Source of the DNA: Pseudanabaena frigida
Lineage (GTDB): Bacteria > Cyanobacteriota > Cyanobacteriia > Pseudanabaenales > Pseudanabaenaceae
Reading direction: 5' to 3'
NCBI GenBank assembly: GCA_003242085.1
Contig: QBML01000010.1
Coordinates: 41,983 to 105,982, forward strand
Length of the DNA stretch: 64,000 nt
Made by a program: the position numbers and the translations under genes. Each line of letters starts with the position of its first letter. The stretch's first letter is position 1. Of the stretch, positions 58,168-64,000 are shown piece after piece. The notes under the pieces are model-generated. The model was not told the DNA's origin. It ran no database searches and was given only the letters and a program-made list of their open reading frames with translations.

Positions 58168-58210
58168 CAAGAACCTGTAGCGCTTGCTGTGATGGCACTA
58201 TAGGTTCTTG
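58168..58210. repeat. Imperfect 16-bp hairpin
   Basis: CAAGAACCTGTAGCGC ... GCACTATAGGTTCTTG, two mismatches, 11-nt loop. Confidence 0.6.
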
Positions 58211-58273
58211 ATTCTGTTTTTTTAATGATATCTAGCCGCCTATATAACAATGCAAGTTTTTTGTTTAGGACAT

Positions 58274-58328
58274 AAAACCCAAATAAATAGAGGTGGCGCG
58301 AAGCGCCACCCCTATTTATTTGGGTTTT
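58274..58328. repeat. Long hairpin element, family A copy 2 (26-bp stem, GC-GAA-GC cap)
   Basis: AAAACCCAAATAAATAGAGGTGGCGC-GAA-GCGCCACCCCTATTTATTTGGGTTTT, one mismatch. Confidence 0.9.
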
Positions 58329-58337
58329 CAAAATTTG

Positions 58338-59702
58338 CTATGACTTTTTGAGAAAGGCGATCGCCTCGACGTGGGAGGTTTGTGGGAAGAAATCGATCGG
58401 TTGAATGCGGGTGATTTGATAGCGATCGCCTTCGCATAATAGTTTGAGATCTCGCGCTTGGGTGGCGGGATTGCAACTGACATAGACAATGCGCTCGGGA
58501 GCATTTTCGCGGAGAAAGGCAATTACTTCAGGTTCGCAACCTTTGCGGGGAGGATCGAGGATGACGATATCGGGTTTTAGGTTGAGAGTACCGATCAGCT
58601 CTTCAACTTTGCCCGTGTGGAACACGACATTATCGATGCCATTGAGTTCGGCGTTGAGCTTGCCTTGGGCTGTGGCTTGAGGCTGGATTTCGATCGCGAT
58701 CGCCTGTTTGACTTGTTCGGCTAAAGGCAAAGCGATCGTGCCAATTCCTGCATAGGCATCTAAGAGAACTTCCGTTCCATCTAGCTCGAGTTCTGCTTCA
58801 ATGATGTTCAGCATCTTTTCCGCTTGCTCAGTATAGATCTGAAAGAAAGTATCACCACGCAAACGGAAAGTTAAACCAGCAAATTTTTCTAAGAGATAAT
58901 CTTTGCCAGCAATACAACGGCTATCACGACCAAAAATCGCATTGGTTTTATCAGGATTACAATTGAGAATTACGCCTACTACTTTGGGATATCGCTCCAA
59001 CCAAGTTTGAGCAAACACTCCTAAGTTTGGTACATCCCAATCTCGCGTTACCAATGTAATTAGAATTTCACCTGTATTGCGACCAATCCGCAACCCTAAA
59101 TGGCGCAATAGCCCAGTATGAGCATTTTCATCATAAATTTCCCAACATTGGTTATGAATATCTCGTTTGAGTTCTTCCAACATCGGATCGAGGCGAATAT
59201 CTTGGGCAGGACATTGATTGAGATTGACAATTTTGTGGGTTCCCTTTTGATAATATCCCGCCTTAAGATTGCCATCTCGTCCCGTAGCTAAAGGATAAGT
59301 AACCTTGTTGCGATAGTGTAAACTTTCCTTCGCGCCAACAATCGGTGAAATTAGCTCCGTTAACATCTCAGACTCAAAGCCACCGATTCTCTGTAATGCT
59401 TGCAGAACAATATTTTGCTTGGTTCGCAACTGAGCAGGATAGCTAACCGTTTGCCATTGACAACCACCACATTTATCAGCAACGATACATTTGGGATGGA
59501 CGCGATCGCTTGATGGTAAGAGAATTTTTTCAATACTGGCGTTAGCAAAGTTCTTTTTTACAAATTCCAACTTTGCCGTAATGCGATCGCCAGGGACGGT
59601 ATTGGGAACGAAGATGGCGATATTTTCATAACGTCCCACCCCATCGCCACTATCAGCGAGATCGTCAATGGTGAGCGTAATTTTTTGTCCCTGTAGTAGC
59701 AT
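58338..59702 (-). CDS. rlmD: 23S rRNA (uracil-1939-C5)-methyltransferase
   Basis: TRAM domain; C...CGGCQWQ and C for the Fe-S cluster; YRNK; TFFQIY; LDAYAGIGT; LDPPRKG; YVSCNP; DFFPQTSHVE. Confidence 0.95.
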   Translation of the reverse strand: MLLQGQKITLTIDDLADSGDGVGRYENIAIFVPNTVPGDRITAKLEFVKKNFANASIEKILLPSSDRVHPKCIVADKCGGCQWQTVSYPAQLRTKQNIVLQALQRIGGFESEMLTELISPIVGAKESLHYRNKVTYPLATGRDGNLKAGYYQKGTHKIVNLNQCPAQDIRLDPMLEELKRDIHNQCWEIYDENAHTGLLRHLGLRIGRNTGEILITLVTRDWDVPNLGVFAQTWLERYPKVVGVILNCNPDKTNAIFGRDSRCIAGKDYLLEKFAGLTFRLRGDTFFQIYTEQAEKMLNIIEAELELDGTEVLLDAYAGIGTIALPLAEQVKQAIAIEIQPQATAQGKLNAELNGIDNVVFHTGKVEELIGTLNLKPDIVILDPPRKGCEPEVIAFLRENAPERIVYVSCNPATQARDLKLLCEGDRYQITRIQPIDFFPQTSHVEAIAFLKKS

Positions 59703-59813
59703 AGTTTCCTAAATTTATTGACTAAAGGCAACGCAAAGCATTGCCTGTTTTATAACCCTTGAAGAGCATTTAAATTGTTTGGTTTTGATCTAAGCGTTAA
59801 GCGCTGAATACAA

Positions 59814-60320
59814 TCAATCTGTACCTCCCCACGACCAAATGGGATTACCATCTCTTACGTCTTGTTTAAGAATAGTAGGCATATAACCATTAGGATCATA
59901 CATCGCTGTCATGTCCAAAATCAGATAGACATTGCCTTCAGTAAACTGCATTCGCAAAAATGAATGCCGTTGCGTCCCACTCCGATCGGGGCTACTAAGT
60001 CCTGCGGCAGCTCGACAGTTTTGATATTTAGGTTGGAGTTTAGCAACCCACACAACGCTAAATTCATCACTTGTGACAATTTTAAATTTATCTGCTAACC
60101 AACTTAATTTTGCTGTGCCATCAAGTATGTATGCAGCCTGAATATTAGGGCGTGCTTTTTGATCGACAACAACTTCATCAGGACAAATCGAGCCATCAGG
60201 ATTGCGAGCATTAGGATATACTCTGAGCTTCAAAGTGTCAGATGAAGCATAGCTAGGTATTTGGGAAATAGCAGCTTGAGCGATCGCCAAAGTAATTAGA
60301 AACGCTTTATTTTTAAACAT
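59814..60320 (-). CDS. Hypothetical secreted protein
   Basis: Signal-like N-terminus; two Cys; ends PIWSWGGTD. Confidence 0.7.
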   Translation of the reverse strand: MFKNKAFLITLAIAQAAISQIPSYASSDTLKLRVYPNARNPDGSICPDEVVVDQKARPNIQAAYILDGTAKLSWLADKFKIVTSDEFSVVWVAKLQPKYQNCRAAAGLSSPDRSGTQRHSFLRMQFTEGNVYLILDMTAMYDPNGYMPTILKQDVRDGNPIWSWGGTD

Positions 60321-60414
60321 GATTTAGATTCATGGGGTTTCGTAAATTGACGAAATTTGCGAAGATTATCTTCCGCCAAAGAGGTTTGCTCAAGCGCTTA
60401 GCGCTGTATGATTT

Positions 60415-61617
60415 ATGGCTGTACGATCTATGACTATGCAAATTCGATTATTTCAAACACAAGATAGCGATCGCATCGCCCAGTTATTCCATGATACTGT
60501 GCGCGAGGTGAATATTCGCGACTATTCACCTGAACAGGTCAAGGCTTGGGCACCTGATGACTTGTATTTCACCAACTGGACAGAAGATTGTAGTAACAAC
60601 TTCACCTATGTTGCGGAAGAAGAGGGCGAAATTATTGGCTTTGCGCAACTAGAAACCAATGGTCATATCGATTGTTTCTTTTGTCATAAGGACTATCAGC
60701 GCTGTGGTGTGGGAACGCGGCTATATCGAGCTATCGAAGCCAAGGCTCTGGAATTAAAAATCGATCGCTTATTTGTAGAAGTGAGTATTACCGCGAGGGC
60801 ATTTTTTAAAAGTCGTGGCTTTAAGGTTGTTAAGGAGCAACAAGTTGCTTGTCGGGGTGAAAAGCTCACCAACTTTGTGATGGAGAAGTCTCTAGTAAAA
60901 TATCTAGAGAACCCCGATCGGTTTGTGGTGACAACTTTTTACCATTTTGCCGATTTGACTAATTACCGAGAGATGCGATCGCCCATTACGGAATTTTGCA
61001 ATTGCCATGAACTCAAGGGTGTAATTTTACTAGCACCAGAGGGAATTAATTCCACAATTGCTGGTAGTCGCGAAGGTATTGATGCGCTATTAAGTTATCT
61101 TCGTTCCGATCCGCGTTTACAAAATTTGGAACATAAGGAAACTACTTCTGATGTCATTCCTTACAACAAACTTCGGGTAAGGCTTAAAAAGGAATTAGTG
61201 AAGTTTGGAGTGTCGGGTATCGATCCTAGTAAAGAAGTGGGAACCTATGTCGATCCTAAGGATTGGAATGCGTTAATTTCCGATCCAGAAGTAATCGTTA
61301 TTGATACGCGCAATATTTACGAAGTGGAGTTTGGTACTTTTAAAGGCGCGATCGATCCGAATTTAGATTTTTTCTATGAGTTTCCCAAATATGTCGAGGA
61401 GAATTTAAGCGATCGCAAGCAGCAAAAAATCGCTATGTTCTGCACGGGTGGCATACGTTGCGAGAAAGCAAGTGCTTATATGTTGGCTCAAGGCTTTGAT
61501 GAGGTTTACCATCTCAAGGGTGGTATTCTCAAATATTTAGCAGAAATTCCTCCCGAAGAAAGTCTCTGGGAAGGTGAATGTTTTGTTTTTGACGATCGCA
61601 TTGCGACTAAGGGATAA
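60415..61617 (+). CDS. trhO: GNAT acetyltransferase fused to TrhO-like (YceA) rhodanese tRNA hydroxylase
   Basis: Residues about 8-158 are GNAT (HKDYQRCGVG, TARAFFKSRGF, NFVMEK). Residues about 170-400 carry GVILLAPEGINSTIAG, IDTRNIYE...GTFKGA, MFCTGGIRCEKAS, YHLKGGILKY and GECFVFDDR. Confidence 0.85.
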   Translation: MAVRSMTMQIRLFQTQDSDRIAQLFHDTVREVNIRDYSPEQVKAWAPDDLYFTNWTEDCSNNFTYVAEEEGEIIGFAQLETNGHIDCFFCHKDYQRCGVGTRLYRAIEAKALELKIDRLFVEVSITARAFFKSRGFKVVKEQQVACRGEKLTNFVMEKSLVKYLENPDRFVVTTFYHFADLTNYREMRSPITEFCNCHELKGVILLAPEGINSTIAGSREGIDALLSYLRSDPRLQNLEHKETTSDVIPYNKLRVRLKKELVKFGVSGIDPSKEVGTYVDPKDWNALISDPEVIVIDTRNIYEVEFGTFKGAIDPNLDFFYEFPKYVEENLSDRKQQKIAMFCTGGIRCEKASAYMLAQGFDEVYHLKGGILKYLAEIPPEESLWEGECFVFDDRIATKG

Positions 61618-62419
61618 ATGGTTTCGTTATTTCCTGCGCCATTAACAAGAGTTCGGTATGGCTCACTACTAGGGTGGGAAAACTGCGGCTACTATAATCC
61701 TTACCCATTTCTAAGGGAAAGATATTTTGACAATCCTCTAATGGAATCCAGATCGCGCCGATCGCTTTCAGAATTACCCATACAGCCGCAATATCCCAAA
61801 TCTTGGGAGTAGCTTCCACTGCGCCAATGGTGGAACCGATCGCGACGGTTAAAATGTTATAGCTTGCTACACCTAACATCCGCAATTTGAAAGGGAACTT
61901 GGATCTGCCCATTTTTTCGAGACTGCGGGAACAGGCACTAAAGAAGTAATTACTGAGAGCATCAGGATCGGGTGAAGTTTCAGGTAAATGGATTGGCGTG
62001 TCGTTGAAAAATGCTGCTGAGCCATGCTCATCTGACCAACCATAAATATTTTGGCGCAATGGCGGTATAGCAACGTAGCCAAATACAGGCGTACCATGAT
62101 GCAATAAACCTAGAGAAATTCCCCAAATTGGAATCCCGCGTGCAAAGTTAGTTGTGCCATCGAGAGGATCGACTACCCAAGCCCATTCGCGATCGGGTAA
62201 AACTTGCGTCGATTCTTCAGTTAAAACGCCATATTCAGGAAATTTTTTTTCGAGGGCAGCTTTGATATAAGCATCAGCCCAGCGATCGCTTTTGGTGACA
62301 AGGCTACCATCGTCCTTAGCGATCGCCACTCGCGCCTGTTCAAAATCGGCTAGCAGGCGATCGCCGACCTGCTTAGTTAGCTCTTGGATAAAGGGAAGAA
62401 TTGATGGCAAGTTATTCAT
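61607..62419 (-). CDS. Inositol monophosphatase family protein
   Basis: VTKSD, VLTEE, WVVDPLDGTTNF, KIWDIAA. Confidence 0.92.
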   Translation of the reverse strand: MNNLPSILPFIQELTKQVGDRLLADFEQARVAIAKDDGSLVTKSDRWADAYIKAALEKKFPEYGVLTEESTQVLPDREWAWVVDPLDGTTNFARGIPIWGISLGLLHHGTPVFGYVAIPPLRQNIYGWSDEHGSAAFFNDTPIHLPETSPDPDALSNYFFSACSRSLEKMGRSKFPFKLRMLGVASYNILTVAIGSTIGAVEATPKIWDIAAVWVILKAIGAIWIPLEDCQNIFPLEMGKDYSSRSFPTLVVSHTELLLMAQEITKPFIP

Positions 62420-62520
62420 AGATTGTTAGCATAACTCAGAATTCATGAGGCTAGAAGCGTCCCCTCTAATTGTGCGGTAAAATGCAATCATGTTAGGAAG
62501 TATGAGGATTTTGTAGACCT

Positions 62521-63318
62521 ATGAACTTGAGCTTAAACCTGAGTCTAAGTTTAGGTCGCGTTTGGGCGATCGCCACCAATGTATTTCGCGAAACCGTGCG
62601 CGAGCAGGTACTTTATTTATCTTTGCTATACACCCTGATCTTGATATCAGCAATGATGTTGCTGCCAGAATTTTCCTACGACTCATCGGCAAAGATGATC
62701 GTTGATACGGGGATCGCGGCGATCGAGGTAGTGAGCTTGATTGTGGCTGTATTAGTCGGTACTAATCTGATCAATAAAGAGATTGACAAACGCACAATTT
62801 TTATTCTGATTGCCAAACCAATGCACCGCGCTGAGTTTGTGCTTGGTAAACATCTAGGATTGACGGCAGTAATTGCGGCATTAGTGTCGATAATGTCTGG
62901 AATTTTTATAATTCTGATGACAATTAAGCAAATTCCAATTCCGATTCCTGCGATTCTCACGGCCAACTTTTTTATCTTTTGGCAAATCATGTTGCTAGGG
63001 GCGATCGCGATTTTCTTTGGCTCCTTTACAGGTTCGCTAATTGCTTCTCTGCTAACACTTGCTGCTTATTTAATTGGTAACTTTAGCCGCGATTTGTTGC
63101 TGCTAGGTGAAATTTCTAAAAATCCTAGCTTGCAGACAATCACGCGCACTCTGTATATGATTTTGCCCGACTTGTCCCGTGCTAATCTCAAAAATGAGGC
63201 AGTTTACAACATCTTACCGAGCCTGCTCGATATGTTTAATAACAGCATCTATATTTTGAGCTATGCGTTGTTGACTCTAGCGATCGCCATTCTCATCTTT
63301 GCCCGTCGCCAATTTTAA
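62521..63318 (+). CDS. ABC-2 type transporter permease
   Basis: ATNVFRETVR, LINKEIDKRTI..LIAKP..RAEFVLGK; six TM helices; ends FARRQF. Confidence 0.88.
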   Translation: MNLSLNLSLSLGRVWAIATNVFRETVREQVLYLSLLYTLILISAMMLLPEFSYDSSAKMIVDTGIAAIEVVSLIVAVLVGTNLINKEIDKRTIFILIAKPMHRAEFVLGKHLGLTAVIAALVSIMSGIFIILMTIKQIPIPIPAILTANFFIFWQIMLLGAIAIFFGSFTGSLIASLLTLAAYLIGNFSRDLLLLGEISKNPSLQTITRTLYMILPDLSRANLKNEAVYNILPSLLDMFNNSIYILSYALLTLAIAILIFARRQF

Positions 63319-63342
63319 ATAAAGAAGTACTGCTTTGCTGAT

Positions 63343-63369
63343 GAAGGGTGGCGCTTTGCGCCGCCCTTC
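63343..63369 (+). terminator. 12-bp hairpin with GC-TTT-GC cap after the permease
   Basis: GAAGGGTGGCGC-TTT-GCGCCGCCCTTC, with one G.T pair. Confidence 0.65.
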
Positions 63370-63411
63370 TAGTTTTGTCGATTAAAATTAAGTATATTTA
63401 GTGAATTAACT

Positions 63412-64000
63412 ATGCACTACCGTCGTTTTGGCAAAACTGAGATGCTCCTGTCAGTCTTTTCATTAGGAGCGATGCGCTATTTAGAATCGGCGGAGAATGC
63501 TCACAAAACAATTTTGCGAGCATTAGAAGTTGGGATAAATCATATTGAAACTGCTCAAGGCTATGGCAAGAGCGAAGAATTTATCGGTAGAGCAATGCGA
63601 AATGGCTTGAGCAAACAACGCGATCGCTTTTATCTGACTACTAAAATCTCACCAACTAAAGATGCAGACTCCATGCGTCGCCAAATCGAGCAGTCTCTCA
63701 AAAAACTGAATGTAGACTATATCGACAACTTCGATATTCACGGGATTAATCTATACGAACATCTGGACTTAGTAAAAAATCCCAATGGATGTATGAAAGC
63801 AGTTAGAGAAGCGATCGATCAAAAAATGATTGGTCATGTTGGCTTCTCTACCCATGCCCCGCTTAACGTCATGCTTGACACAATTCGTACAGATTTATTT
63901 GAATCAATAAATTTACATTATTACTACTTCAATCAGCGCAATGCTTCTGCTGTGCAGCTTGCCCATGAAAAAGATATGGGAGTATTTATCATTTCGCCAT
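63412..64000 (+). CDS. Aldo/keto reductase (3' end outside window)
   Basis: ATG 63412: MHYRRFGKTEMLLSVFSLGAMR...GINHIETAQGYGKSEE...YLTTKI...IHGIN...IGHVGFSTH; open to the window end. Confidence 0.9.
   Translation, partial: MHYRRFGKTEMLLSVFSLGAMRYLESAENAHKTILRALEVGINHIETAQGYGKSEEFIGRAMRNGLSKQRDRFYLTTKISPTKDADSMRRQIEQSLKKLNVDYIDNFDIHGINLYEHLDLVKNPNGCMKAVREAIDQKMIGHVGFSTHAPLNVMLDTIRTDLFESINLHYYYFNQRNASAVQLAHEKDMGVFIISP

Noticed and set aside
58338-58810. Composition shift inside rlmD as evidence of a foreign gene
   Set aside because: The protein is an ordinary full-length RlmD; noted only as a caution that skew shifts also occur in housekeeping genes here.

Overview
Chromosomal window from a cyanobacterium. 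The dense HIP1 octamers (GCGATCGC), cyanobacterial-type ATP synthase gamma, Ycf46, ArgZ, XisI and Uma2 support this; the genus is probably Pseudanabaena-like, which is an inference. It holds about 55 protein-coding genes (two cut by the window edges), two gene remnants (xisH-like, relE-like) and no tRNA, rRNA, CRISPR array or transposase that I could recognise. Housekeeping genes include thiG, ATP synthase gamma (outside its usual operon), hup, trpF, ligA, rtcB, argZ and rlmD, plus several signalling genes. Main candidates for follow-up: (1) a four-helix-bundle (TIGR02436/Avd-like) gene enclosed by inverted (AATTACG)4 arrays, whose left array has become the C-terminus of the upstream gene; (2) that upstream Trypco1 + trypsin-STAND-TPR pair, followed by an HTH-NACHT gene in a conflict-type island; (3) an exported protein with three Omp85-type POTRA domains fused to TPR and a CHAT protease with both catalytic residues, in place of a beta-barrel; (4) a family of long intergenic hairpins capped by GC-NNN-GC, showing compensatory changes between copies and one nested insertion; (5) a GNAT-TrhO fusion, a J-domain protein with a prion-like Q/Y/S linker and a Rad52-like hypothetical protein. 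All family assignments come from recognising motifs by eye; no database searches were run.
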